Shown: positions 25,490 through 38,414 of the stretch, piece after piece
Layout of the letters: each line of letters opens with the position of its first letter
Numbering within the stretch: the first letter of the stretch is position 1
Source: Octopus sinensis
Lineage: Eukaryota
Reading direction: 5' to 3'
DNA length: 64,000 bases
Assembly (NCBI RefSeq): GCF_006345805.1
Contig: NC_043000.1
Location: 41,044,001 to 41,108,000 of the forward strand
Position numbers and translations under genes: made by a program
Notes under the pieces: model-generated
Databases searched by the model: none
Seen by the model: only the letters and a program-made list of their open reading frames with translations
Told to the model about the DNA's origin: nothing

Positions 25490-27190
25490 TTGCTAGTTTA
25501 CTTGTCAGAGTTCTTCTGTCACACGTTATGTGATTTCTTCAATGAGGATCTGCTCTTCTCCATGTCCCCCCCTTTTTTGTGATCTCATCCTGTCTGTTCC
25601 ATGTTGTCTTTCTGCAGTATGTATTTCTACCTGCACATGTTTGTTTCTGTATCATAGTATGTGTGTCTATGTGTTTTGCATGTGTACGTGTGTCTTGTGT
25701 GCATGTATACGGGGTGATTTTTCCACTGTCAGTATCCATGTCTTTTGTCTGTTTATTCATTAATTATTTTTATTCTGTCTTCATTCTTCAAGTTGCGGGA
25801 TGGGATGTAGTAAGGGTGGTGCTATTATTCAATTTGCGTTTTTTGTTGAGGCTCAGCCTATTTTCTATCATGTGTGTGGCTTCGTAATCTGCCTGAGTAC
25901 TGCGTTCGTTCTATGTATAAACAGGGTCCATGTTATAATTTAGCATGTTGATATAACACTAACTAGCTTTTCTCCTCCTTGAGTACCCACCAGTGCTCAG
26001 TAATTATCCCTAAAATGTTATGGGTTATCTTTTCAATGCATATCGTTGTCTTGTATCTGCACCGTCGCTCTGTACACCTTATACTACAGACTGCATTCCT
26101 AGTTTTGCAGTTTATCTGTCTGCTTACCCTACACACTATGCATTCCCTATCAGTACAGGGGGATTCTTTAAAATGGCTATGTTCTGTTCTACAAATCAGG
26201 GATTTTATGGGAGTTCCTGGCCTTTCTACTACTTTAATCTTTAGATTCAGCTTACCTAGGGCTTTTCTAAAATGATAAGCTAGTTTGCCTCTAGGTGTGC
26301 ATCGATAAACATGAAACTCTGGTACTTTTGCCTATCATGCCATGAACTGGCACTAACAATCTTCCGCTTAGTCCTTTCTATACTATTCCATGGTTTACTT
26401 CTGCATAGCCGGCAGATTCCGTTTGCGTCAGTCTCTATGACGGTTTCGATTTTTGTTATGGCTCCTTTGTACACCCTTCGGTTGCATCCAGAGAACTGCA
26501 TGCGGCTGATGAAGTGCTGTATGTGTTTCTCTAATTCCGTTCGGTCTAATTCTGTTCGATACGGGACACATTTCTCCATTACCCTTATAAATCCCACACT
26601 CAAGATATTGAACTTAGTATTAACCGCTGCATTGGGTTTGACATTGTGCGAGTGGATAATTTGGGTTTTGTTATTCTTAGTTTCCAGCCAGAGTTCATTG
26701 TCTAAAACAGTAAGTATTGTTACTTTAATATTGGGGTGGATAGAGTTAGCTACGTGCTGGATGCTTCTCATGTTGCTAGCTTCTATTTCAGGTTATTATA
26801 TATTGTCATGTGGAGATGCTTTTACTACTACTTAGTAGGGAGCTACGGAGCTCCCTATTAAACATTCTTTAAGTCTCCTGTCCCACCATATCATAAAGAG
26901 GTTGGCTACATCGCCGGCGATACTAGCATCGATGCTTGCCCCACTTCTTCCTGAGCGAATATTTTGTTATTGAGCTTAAAGACGTGGCACTTTGAGTAAC
27001 TTTTGGTACCCATACTCATCACATGTGCGACCATTTTTCACAGTTGGTCATAATTTTCGATGGGTCCGTATGCTCCGATTCACCCAGTCCATCTTTCTAT
27101 AGAGGTCTTCTTGGTCACTGAGGTGATGATAGGCGGGCTACCTCTTATTTGTTTACTGGAACAGAAATAGCCAAGGTTTCCTCGAAGAGT
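25490..27190 (-). mobile_element. Penelope-like retroelement, degraded RT + Cys linker + GIY-YIG
   Basis: Minus strand CHVFKLNNKIFAQ...SIAGDVANLFMIWWDRRL; VANSIHPNIKVT; KHIQHFISRMQFSG; KVVERPGTPIKSL...CTDRECIVC...NCKTRNAVCSIRC; LRQITEA; 3' end abuts (TA)n. Confidence 0.85.
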
Positions 27191-27234
27191 AACATATAAA
27201 GAAAACGAAGAAGGAATTTATCACAACTTTAAAA

Positions 27235-27404
27235 CTCGTTACAATTGTTTCTGTAGCACTCCAACTTTAACGATATTGCATGTAAATTATTTTGTGTGAA
27301 AAACTACATAATATGTATATATTTGTGTGAAGAAGTATTTATTTATTTTTGTGTGAACTAATATGTATAGACGATTAAATCGGAGTGGTACTTCATCAGA
27401 CTGG
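27235..27404 (-). ncRNA. Hammerhead-like motif with greatly extended stem II
   Basis: Minus strand gt-CTGATGA-a-gtaccactccgatttaa-[about 100 nt]-ttaaagttggagtgctac-a-GAAAC-aatt-GTA-ac; stem I degenerate. Confidence 0.6.
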
Positions 27405-28114
27405 CATCTAATCGTGCCTCTTTTCATGATGTGTGGAATGAATAATATGTAGTAGGATTGCATGTCATTTCAGTGTACAAATGTGTTTATTTCATTACTG
27501 TTTGTCTTTCTCACGTGTGTGTCTGTCAGTGTAAGTACATGTAATTATTTACATACATTCAAACCAGAATTACTAAAATAGAGAATTCCAGAACTGTTTT
27601 ATAAATGTTCGCTCTATCATCAATCGATTGTATTTAGAGGAAGTGGATCAGAACCCCAGAATGCCTTCTTTCCTTCTGCTTGCTCATCAATTGTCATATC
27701 GTGCGTTTCAAGTGAGATTAGCGGGGAATACGTACAAGCTACTTCTGTCCACCTTACACATAATACTCGTATGTCCTTTTTCTCTTTGTAATTTAGAGCT
27801 AATTTTAACCGGTTATCTACCTGGTACTAAGGCTGGGAATAAAAGCATCTTGTTTTGTTCATCCTTTAACTCTTAAGAAAGCCTTTCAAATTTTTTATAG
27901 TTCAAGATTTCGTAATCTTTTGTAGTGTATGAATTAAGGTATTGTGTTCTCTCTCCAAGAACACAAGTTCAGCCATACTTTCTCCATACAGGTGGGTACT
28001 TATCCTGTTACTCCAGTAATTCTTTCTGCTATAAGTACAAGGCCTGAAACATTTTGTGGGAAAAGTTAAGTCGATTACATCGACCCCATTACTCAACTGG
28101 TACTTGATACGTTT

Positions 28115-28560
28115 CAAGCTGAATGTGTATTTTGGCTACTCGATTTGCAAACTCCTTATCAATGGTCCATAGATGTCTTCAGAGAACAGATGATTTTCAC
28201 AAAAGAGCATATCTTTTTTTTTGTGGTCCCACAAAACGATATCTGATCGGTTGTGTTTCATTTTAGTGATTACTGTTTTAGTTTTTAAGTTCCACCAATA
28301 CTATTTTGGCCCCTCGGTCTCGATGTAGTCAACTTCGTCTGTTGGTGTTTCTTCTTTTTTTCATCATGTTCCAGACAGTTCTGGCCACCATATCATGCCT
28401 CCTAGGTAGATAATATCAGGACGACATTTTGTTGCAGTTGGCAATAATCTTGTTTTTATCTTCAGTCTTGGTTTTGCATGGCTTACATTTGTTCTGTCAA
28501 TGTTTTCTGCTTTTTTTTTACTGTAGGTACTAGGTACATGCCATAATAAAAACATTTTGA
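28115..28560 (-). mobile_element. R4/Dong-clade LINE remnant (restriction-like endonuclease region)
   Basis: Minus strand CNKMSS*YYLPRRHDMVARTVW...WWNLKTKTVITKMKHNRSDIVLWD (RHD and HNRPDI motifs). Confidence 0.8.
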
Positions 28561-28589
28561 ACCAAAAGGAATGGCAATCCAAGGGTCAA

Positions 28590-29200
28590 ACAAGTGCGTG
28601 ATCTGGGAATTGATATGGGCAACGATGCTTCGTTTCACGGACATATCACCAAGATGGTGGAAATGTGTAGACGAGTAGCCAGATGGAGTCTGAGAACTTT
28701 CAAATCAAGTGAGTAGAAAACTATGCTGGTTCTATGGAAGACATTTGTTTCAGCTGTCTGGACTACAACTTTCAACTGTGGCTACCTTACAGTGTCAAAT
28801 TAATAGCAGAACTTGAGGCAGTTCTGTCGTGATACACCAGGAAGATTGCATCAGTGGAGAGACTGACAGAACTACAATTCTACTCCCTGAAACGGAGACG
28901 TGAGAGATATGCGGTGATATATGGAAGATCCTAGGAGAGTTGGCACCAAACGTTGGAATCGAAAGTTATATCAGTCCCCGAAATGGACGTCACTGTACGG
29001 ATCCAAAGGACCCATCCATCATGCCAAAAGTGAAGGCCAGTTACTATATAGCTTGGGAATCAAAGGTCTTGCCAAAATATTGGAGAATCTACATTCAGTG
29101 GGATAAAAGTTTTCAAACAACAACTTGACCTTCTGTTCTCAAGGCCCTAGACGAAACTATATTAGTGTAAGAAACTCAAACCCTCCCTCACTAAAAGTCT
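28590..29200 (+). mobile_element. CR1-group LINE, 3' part of ORF2
   Basis: VRDLGIDMGNDASFHGHI...LRTFKS...LWKTFV..LDYNFQLW...LQFYSLKRRRERY...WKIL with stops and frameshifts. Confidence 0.85.
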
Positions 29201-29884
29201 ATTACAAAAGAATGGTCACTGAAAAAATATCTTTATTGCAGCATATTGGTGGTACCCCAGCATGGCCGCAGACTTTGAGCTGAAAGACAAAAAAATAAAA
29301 TATACACTCACACACACATTCACAAATACACACACATATCGATAGATGTATGCATATTCATATATATAGTTAGATAGATGTAGATAATTACACATATATA
29401 TATACACATATATCTTTGCTTTTATGCAAAAATTTCGTAAGTCCAAAACGTTGCTTTTCAGAAAAAGAAAAAATAATTCCACCATTCTATAGCAAAACCG
29501 TTGTACTAAACTTTGACAGTTTTTGATATCTTGGCAGATGAAGCAGCTGGAGATACGATAGTTTGACCAAAAGAAGCAGCTACTGCAAGCAAAAATAAAT
29601 ATTGAAAACAACGCGTTTTGCCAAATTTGGAAATACGACAGTGTGTGTGTGTGTATGTGTTTATGTGCTTGTATGTGTGTGAATGAGTGAGTGAATGAGT
29701 GAATGTGTGTAAGTGTGTGTAAGTGTGTAAACGTTCATTACTATTTATTAAGATGGCAAGCGGGTAGACTCGTTAGTTCGCCGGGCAAAATGCTTAGCAG
29801 AATTTCGCCGAGGTCGACTTAGCCTTTCATCCCGTTCGGTGTCGATAAGATAAATATCAGTTGAGCACTGGGGTCGATTGGGGT

Positions 29885-30760
29885 TGTGCATTCAGTGGAC
29901 AGGCAGCAGGTTTTTATTCTTATTTTTGAATGCCCTCGGGTTCGCGGACTTGTAGATAAATCCTGGTTTCATCATAAAGCCAGCAGCATTGCCACATAAT
30001 TAGCGTCACTTTGTCTTTCTGTACCTTAAATCCTGGGGCTTTGGCTTCGTCCTTCTTGATGTACGTTCTGGAAGGCATCTTCTTCCAGAACAAGCCAGTC
30101 TTGTCCAATTTGAAAACCTGTTCCGGTTTGTATCCCTCGTCTTCGATGATCTCCCTGAAGGTCTCTAGGTACTTCTCGGCGGCTTCTTTGTCCGCTGATG
30201 CTGTCTCTCCATGCAGGGAAACACACTTTATTTTAAACCGTTTCTGGAAATGGTCAAACAATCCCTTCCTGGCATGAAAATCTTTGGGCTCCGGTGCTGT
30301 CAATGGTCTTGGTTGCGGTTCTTCAGTGCCTTCTGCTCCATCTCCTCTGTCGAACTGCTGGTATAATTTCAACGCTTTTTCGCAAACGATGTTATCGTTC
30401 AAGGGGATGTTTTTCCTTCTTGCAGTCACTGACCCGCAATGCCAAGACATATTCCATCCTGACGAAGTGCTTATTTCTCACTATCGTTGTCTTTTTGGCA
30501 CTTACACAGAAACTTACTGCTATGCTAGTCCTGATCGTCACCTCGTTCTTCTTTATGTAGCGTGCTTTCGTTGACAACATAATAGCGACCTACTGCAGCA
30601 TAGCTTTACCTTCCCGAAACATATCCAGCAGTTGTACCTTCTCATGGAGCGTCATGTCTTTTTTCTGGCACTAAGGTTCACTACGAGAAACCTTAGAAGG
30701 TGTAGGGCGTTTGGACAGCACCTTAGGGTTTTAATAACATGCTATGAAAAACACAGCATC
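29885..30760 (-). mobile_element. Tigger/pogo-family transposase relic (CENP-B-type HTH + start of DDE)
   Basis: KGLFDHFQKRFKIKCVSLHGETASADKEAA...GYKPEQVFKLDKTGLFWKKMPSRTYIKKDEAKAPGFKVQKDKVTL; N-terminal MTLHEKVQLLD; frameshifted and 3'-truncated at a SINE A piece. Confidence 0.92.
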
Positions 30761-30920
30761 AACAAAATACTCGAGATAGCTACTGGATACAGTTTTTTTT
30801 CAAAAAACCCAGCAAAATCTTCCTGTCTTCTAATATGCGCATACCACCAATGGGAGATCGAGCAAAGATTAAAAATAATCATGGTTTTGAAAACTTTAGT
30901 TTGTATTACCACTAGATACA

Positions 30921-31260
30921 CTGGGATACCCCCTTCGGTTATAAATGACCATGGGATTGTACCTAGAAAGTTATCCTCCGAGGTACAAGTCCAGGCAAGG
31001 TTGTTTATGGAAGGCAAGCCATCGCCCATGCATACAAGCCTCCCCTCTCCACATCAGTGATGTTATCCAAGGGAAAGGCAAATGCCGATACAGCTTGGCA
31101 CTAGTGATGTCGCAACTCATTTCTACAGTAGAGTTAACTGGTGCAATGTGAAATAAAGTGTCTTGCTCAAGAAGAAAACACGCAGCCCGGTCCAGGCATC
31201 GAACTCACAACCTCACGATCGTAAGCTCGACGCTCTAACCACTGAGCCATGCGCCTTCAC
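30921..31260 (-). mobile_element. tRNA-derived SINE family C (CORE-like), full length with 11-bp TSD
   Basis: Minus head gaaggcgcatggctcagtggttagagcg, B-box gagttcgatgcc, cttgagcaagacactt; cactagataca at 30910-30920 and 31258-31268. Confidence 0.9.
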
Positions 31261-31279
31261 TAGATACAGTAATCTATAC

Positions 31280-31345
<66 letters not shown>

Positions 31346-31346
<1 letters not shown>

Positions 31347-31518
31347 GGCGTAGGAGTGGCTGTGTGGTAAGTAGCTTGCTTACCAACCACATGGTTCCGG
31401 GTTCAGTCCACTGCGTGGCATCTTGGGCAAGTGTTTCTACTATTGCCTCAGGCCGACCAATGCCTTGTAAGTGGATTTGGTAGACGGAAACTGAAAGAAG
31501 CCTGTCGTATATATGTAT

Positions 31519-31592
<74 letters not shown>

Positions 31593-31800
31593 ATGTGTTT
31601 GTGTGTCTGTGTTTGTCCCCCTAGCATTGCTTGACAACCGATGCTGGGTGTTGTTTACGTCCCCGTCACTTAGCGGTTCGGCAAAAGAGACCGCTAGAAT
31701 AAGTACTGGGCTTACAAAGAATAAGTCCCGGTGTCGAATTGCTCGACTAAAGGCGGTGCTCCAGCATGGCCGCAGTCAAATGACTGAAACAAGTAAAAGA
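31346..31800 (+). mobile_element. SINE family B, full length
   Basis: ggcgtaggagtggctgtgtggtaag...ggttcagtcc...cttgggcaagtg...(TA)n...gcggtgctccagcatggccgcagtcaaatgactgaaac. Confidence 0.92.
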
Positions 31801-32032
31801 TAGTAAAGAGTATGGGGATTGAGAGGGAGAAAGAGGGAGAGAGAGGAGACAAAGAGAGAGAGAGAAGAGAGAGAGAGACCTTCAAGTAACTTAATTTCAG
31901 TTGGGCCATATTGGCTCACGACCTTAAATAAACAATGTTGAAATAAACAATTTGTATGATCAAACGTAGCGATTAACGTTCTGCCTCGTGTTGTATATCT
32001 ATGATCTGCGCAAGTAATACTGGTTCGATACA

Positions 32033-32086
<54 letters not shown>

Positions 32087-32098
<12 letters not shown>

Positions 32099-32244
32099 AA
32101 ACAAGTCAAAAATAGAAAATGCTAAGATGATTTTATAGTGAATCTTTCATTGAAAGATTCACTATAAAATCATCTTAGCATTTTCTATTTTTGACTTGTT
32201 TTTTCATATATATCAACTCGTGTGTTCCTTTCCACCCTTATACA

Positions 32245-32245
<1 letters not shown>
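32087..32245 (+). repeat. Perfect palindrome (about 63-bp arms, 1-nt loop at 32150) plus about 30-nt tail inside (TA)n
   Basis: gaaaaaacaagtcaaaaatagaaaatgctaagatgattttatagtgaatctttca-t-tgaaagattcactataaaatcatcttagcattttctatttttgacttgttttttc. Confidence 0.95.
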
Positions 32246-32302
<57 letters not shown>

Positions 32303-32594
32303 ATATATATGCGTTCCCTACAATGAGAGGTTGTTATCGTTGAGAGACAAATACAGCGAGGGAGAGAGAGTGTGCATGTGTGATGCCGCTATAATAATTA
32401 GCAAGCTTTGATTGAAAGCAGGAATCAGAGATACAAGTTGCAGTGTACTTGTGTCTAAAACAATCAAGCGGCGTGATACGTGGCTATTCTTATAAGAGGG
32501 AGCTTCAACTGCGAATGGACGTCCAGTATGCCGGCAAATACGGTATATTGTTATTAATAATTTAGCCTTAAAAAATGTAAAAATATATATATAT

Positions 32595-32733
32595 TTCCAC
32601 GGACGAAGCCATAAAAAAATTGCGGACGATATCTACGATTCCGCAAATAAGCGGTGGTTTCCGTGAATAATTATTAATTCCGCGAATAACCAGGACCGCG
32701 AATACCGAACCGTGAATAAGGGGGAATACACTG
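32595..32733 (-). mobile_element. Tigger-like terminal region
   Basis: Minus strand ta|cagtgtattcccccttattcacggttcggtattcgcgg with repeated ccgcgaata subterminal motifs. Confidence 0.6.
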
Positions 32734-32773
32734 TATTACTATATGTTTATATATTCTATATATAAAGATATAG

Positions 32774-32804
<31 letters not shown>

Positions 32805-33299
32805 TGTATGTATGTATGTATGTATGTATGTATGTATGCATACATGTTTGTGCAATATGTGTAGTTTTGATTCATCAAATTATTTCAGGAAAAAAAAATA
32901 GCTTGACAATCCAAGGTAAATAACTATGTACATGGTTCTTTTAATTTCATAGTTAATTTCCTTGAATGTGAAAGTTACCTCCCTTGTTTATTATACTTAT
33001 AAGTCCACGTTTGTATTGAGTAAATAATAATAATTTTTAACCTAATTAAGACCGTTATTATTTTTCATCTGCATTGTAATATATTCTGATTCTTATTTAT
33101 TTATTCCCACCACTACTAGAACGATATGCATCAGAGATTAGAATTAAGGCTGAATTAGAACTATATCGCTAAACTTTTTTGAAGTAGAACCGATTGAGGC
33201 GTGCTGCTCAATATCTTAACAACTGTCAGTAAAGAACGACTACAAGAAAGAAAGTGAGCCACAAAGATCAGTGCTATCTGATGGTTAGTCTTAATAAAA

Positions 33300-35770
33300 A
33301 TAGAGCGGGTCGATTAAATCGATTCTAGTTGTGAACTGGTACTTTTTTTTATAATTAAACCTGGAGGAAAACGGACAAAGTTGTCCTCCGCAGGATTTGA
33401 ACTCAGAACAAAATACTGCAAGGTATTTAGTTGTCACTCCACAACTCTTAAATACAGCTTACAGAAGCACTAGACTTTCAATTTATGGAGGGGTGGGTTA
33501 AATGTTCATTGAATGAACCTCACCACCTGATTGCAGCTATATTTTGAGACTCAGGGGGATGAAAGGCGAAGTTGATCTGGAGAAGATTTGAACCCAGATT
33601 GTAAAGAAACGAAAGAAATGCCTCAAGGAATTTATCCCCACGCCCTAACAATTCTGCTAATGCACTGCCCTTAATTGTCTTTCATAGCCACTTGGTCTGA
33701 AATTTTCTGGGAGGGTGTTAGACGATTGAATCAACCACTAGTTGATTTTATTTCATTTTATTTTTTTTATTTTATTTTATCAAACATGGCGAGGTGAGAA
33801 GTAAAGTTGGCCTCGGTGGGATTTGAATTCAGAACGTGAGGGACTAGAAAAATATTGGTATCGAATTTTGGCACATGACCAGCTAGTTTGTGGGAGGGGG
33901 TAATTCAGATACATCACCTCCAGTGCTCAGTCCTTATTTTATCGACTCCGGAAGGATGAAAGGTAAGGTCGTCCTCGGTAGAATTCAAAGAGCCGGAAAA
34001 ACTATTGTAACATATTTTTTCGATACTCTAACAATTCTGTATCATTAACCTATTCACTATCAAAAAAAAAAAAGAAAGAAAAAAGTCAGAGGAGTGGTAG
34101 TGTGGTAAGAAGATTCCTTCCCAAGCACATGGTTCTGGATTCAGTCCCACTGCGTGGCACCTTGGGTAAGAATCTTCTACGTTAACCTCGGGCCGACCAA
34201 AACCTTGTAAATGGATTTGGTAGACGGAAACTGAAAGAAGCATGTTGTATATGTATGTATGTATTATGTATGTATGTATGTATGTATGTATGTATGTATG
34301 TATGTATGTATGTATGTATGTATGTATGTCAATGTATGTCTGTATTTGACACCCCACCATCGCTTGACAACGATGTAGTGTGTTTACGTCCCCGTATCTG
34401 AGCGGCTCAGCAAAAAAAAAAACACCGATAGAATAAGTACTTGGCTTACGAAGAATAAATCGATTTGTTCGACTAAAGATGGTGCTCCGGCATGGCCGCA
34501 GTCAAATGACTGAAAGAACTAAAAGAATAAAAGAATAAGCACAGTTCTTGAGAAATAGGGAGATTTAATCGACATCCATATTTGAATTGTTCTTTGTTAT
34601 CGACCCTGAAAACAAAAAGTTGACTTCAGTAGGAAATGAACTCAGAAAGTAAAAAAAGACTTTGCCAACCCACCGCCCTAAAAGAAAATGTCTGATCAGA
34701 GTGAGATTTGAACTCAAAATGTAATGGACCACAGCTAAAATGTCGCAGATACTATAACGTTTCTTATTTCTTTATTGCCCACAAGGGGCTAAATCTAGAG
34801 AGGGCAAACAAGGACAGACAAAGGGATTAAGTCGATTAGATCGACCCCAGTACGCAACTGATATTTAATTTATCGACCCCGAAAGGATGAAAGGCAAAGT
34901 CGACCTCGGCGGAATTTGAACTCAGAACATATATAGACAGACGAAATGCCGCTAAGCTCTTCGCCCGGCGTGCTCACGTTTCTTATTTCTTTATTGCTCA
35001 CAAGGGGCTAAACATAGAAGGGACAAACAAGGACAGACAAAGGAATTAAGTCGATTAAATCGAGCCCAATGCGTAACTGGTACTTAATTTATCGACCCCG
35101 AAATGCTGAAAGGCAAAGTTGACCTCGGCGGAAGTTGAACTCGGAACGTAACCGCTAAGCATTTCGCCAGATCGCCGCCTTCTGTAACGTTTCTGCCAAC
35201 ACTCTACCTTAAATACCCCCATGCCAGAAATTTTGTACGATCGGATGGTACTTAGCCGATTAAATTAATACCAATACTTTACTGGTACTTTATTTAATTC
35301 ACCGCGGATAAACGATCTCGTTGGAAATTGATCTCACAACGTAAAGAGTCGCCATTAACATCTAAGGCACTTTATCTCGCGCTCTTAAGATTTTCTCAAT
35401 CTACCGACCTTGCATAGACCTTAGTGGTACTTGACTGCCACTTTCTTTTATAGATGTAGAAATTTTGAAAAGTAAAGATGACTTCGGTAAGATTTTGAAC
35501 CCAGAACGTAAAGAGCGGAATCAAATACCACAACAAATTATGTTCCAGTTTCTAACAATTCACTACACTGTAATTAACAATAAAAGTGATTTGTAAGTAG
35601 AAAGGTGACAGCATTTGGAAAGATATTATAAGGTGATTACAGAGTAATGTACTTGACTGCAGTTTATTTTAGCAATTCTAGAATGATTAAAGACATAATC
35701 AACTGAATCGAGTTTTGAAATTAGCAAACAAAATGGCATAATAGCAAAGTAATTTGACCGACAATCAACC
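33300..35770 (-). mobile_element. Cluster of about 10 co-oriented SINE A copies of varied age, with a + strand SINE B at 34085-34535
   Basis: Recurrent variants of aaagtcgacctcggcggaatttgaactcagaac every 150-250 bp; young dimer at 34760-35180. Confidence 0.8.
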
Positions 35771-36005
35771 GAGTTTGATATCCTCTTCCTTTTGTCTTTT
35801 ACCACATTTGCTTTAAGAATATAACCTCATTGACTACTTTGCCCTGGAAAAATTTAAGTTCTATTGAAACAGATGAAACAAGAAATTATAAAGATGATGA
35901 TGATTTGTAACTTAAATATAAGGTAAAACATTTTGTGAAACGCCAGCCTTCGATTACTGAAACGTTGTATTTCTTTAATATATTCCATCGATCACTGGAA
36001 AATTG

Positions 36006-37042
36006 GGATCTTTTCTTTTTGAAAGCCAGATTTTTAAGATTTTTCTAGTTAACTAAATAATTTGAAACTTCGTATACTGGTAGAATGTGTCAAAAGAAAA
36101 CAATAATTTCAACTAGTTTTTTTGACAAAAATGTATTTTATAAGTTTAAACATAGTTTAAATCTGCGAATTTTAACCAATCGTATTCTCTGTATTGAGTT
36201 GAAATTATTTGCTCCGTCTAAATATATTGTTACTGTGACGTAAACAGCTGTTTTGTGACGTTTACTTTGGATGAATAATAAACACATATTCAGTGTTTTT
36301 GTATAGGCTTCGGGTGTTTTCTCTATACAATGTATATATTTACTATAAACTTGTGCACACGCTTTGATTCTTCAGTTTGACACACGCCTTGAACCGGTTA
36401 TTTGGCTTGTATGCACCCACATACATACACGTACCCATCCATACGCATACTCGCACATAATCAGGGCCCCTCTGCGTTTTCGCTCGTCGATGTGCTAGGA
36501 ATAACACCCAAATTCCCTTAAAACCATATACTACCGGGTTAAAAGAAGGGTACATTGGCTAATATAATCATAGATGCTATATCTGAAAAAGGGTGGGGGC
36601 GCAAAAATACGGGTTGGTTATAGTTGGAACCCTTTGATCCTCAACCGAGTTTATCAGGATGACCCTCCAAAAATTTACCATCGAAATTTCATTTTATTCT
36701 CGACAGCTATTTCGAAAGCCCGCCGTATTTTTATTATTATTCTGTCTGTTTAGGACTTTGTTATATGGGACGGTGATGTTTACATTTTAGCTATGTTAAC
36801 TACGTCACAAAATAAGCTGTTTACGTCACAGTAACAATATTTTGAGAAGCAGTAAATAAATGAGGCCGAAAGAAAGAATATCATTGGTTAAAATTCGATT
36901 TTCAAACAACGTTAAACTTAGAAATTACAATTCGTTTTCATTTTGGTTTACAATTATGTTTTCTTTGACACATTCTACCATATACGAAGTTTCAAATTGT
37001 TTATTTAACTAGGAAAATCTGGCTTTCAAAAGGAAAAGATCC
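36006..37042. mobile_element. Non-autonomous DNA transposon with about 250-bp TIRs and 8-bp TSD (Merlin-like)
   Basis: Ends GGATCTTTTC...GAAAAGATCC; gaaaattg at 35998-36005 and 37043-37050; single-arm copy at 45490-45700. Confidence 0.85.
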
Positions 37043-37995
37043 GAAAATTGAAATGCAATATTGATTTCAGCGAAATTCTAACTGCAGAGCATTTTGTCCA
37101 GCTCTCAATTTTGCTATTAATCGACTTTCTGAATTTTAACATGAATCATACCATACATTTTCGCGAAGTTTACAGTCAATTAGAGGAGCTGATCTTCCCT
37201 TTTCACCTTTCCAGTGAATAAAGTGTGCTTGCGTATGTGACTTTCTGCACAAACAGCCTTGACCTAATAATTCGACTGACAGTAAAAGAGCCACTAATAC
37301 GCAACACTTTCTTGATGGTGTTGTTTGGCCTCAAATCAACCTTAATTGACACACCTATGATAAAAAAAAAGGTACTGTTCACACCCACGCTAATCTTTTT
37401 TTTTTTTTTTCAGACATACATTGTATCTCCGAAATTTTGTCGTCTAAATCGATCAGATGTTTGCACTTGAAAAGTTCCTTCTCAAGCTACAGTACTACAC
37501 AATAGCTGCATTTTCATTCTTTTTTAATGTTTAGAAGTCTCCACTCTCTTTGTTCAAAGAGAAAAGGAGGGCAAAAATAGCTTGGCAACCCCAATTATCA
37601 CAGGCGAATTTAGAACGAAAAGAACCAAAACAAATGTCATGTATTTTATCCAAACTAATATTTCCATAAATTCACCTCACTATTCTGGTACATTGTTTCA
37701 TTGAACCTGAAAGAATGAAAAGTAAAGTTGATCTCGGTGAGATTTGAACTCTGTTACCAATTCACCACTTATCTAGAAATACATTATCCACACGGCCTTT
37801 CTTTTTTCAAACGATAGGAAGTTAAGGAAAATTTGGCTGTTATTTCAAGCAATTCAAGCGACCGTATATGTCTAAAAGTTCCATTAAGACTATTTATGGA
37901 ACAGATCTTTAAACTCGTTTAGGACTCACATACGGAAACAAACCTATCTCACTATCACCCAAAATAAATCCACCAGTCCGAGATCAGAAATTGCT

Positions 37996-38344
37996 CAGGG
38001 GTTCTCAGCCATTTTTTATTTATAGACCCCTTTGATTAATATTTTATTCTGGTGGACCCTCAGAGCCATTCGATGTTTACAAACTAGTTTTATCGAAACT
38101 TCTCTCAAAATTCCTATTTTGTTTTTGACACATTAACTTGTGTCGGTTGATCTACGTAAGATATTAGAGAAAGAGACCTAGCTGTCTCTTGCAATACATA
38201 CCAATACATACATCTAACATAAAACTTTTCTAGGGGCCCTTAAAATACTATTATAAATTCCGAATTTACTATTTTGTTGCATGGACCCCCAAACAACTTA
38301 TATAGATCCTCAGAGGTCATACGAATCCCTGTTGAGAACCACTG
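37996..38344. mobile_element. hAT-like MITE
   Basis: Ends caggggttctcagc / gttgagaaccactg; internal gaccc subterminal motifs; TSD not retained. Confidence 0.7.
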
Positions 38345-38414
38345 TGGTACTCAATAAGACCATTGCACTGTAATGGACATTTTTGTGAACTAAGAATACA
38401 TACCATAGTATAAT

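Noticed and set aside
26311-26835. 174-aa plus-strand ORF
   Set aside because: Antisense shadow of the PLE reverse transcriptase
29920-30450. Domesticated TIGD host gene
   Set aside because: Frameshifts, truncation and a degenerate catalytic motif (LDKTG) indicate a dead transposon copy
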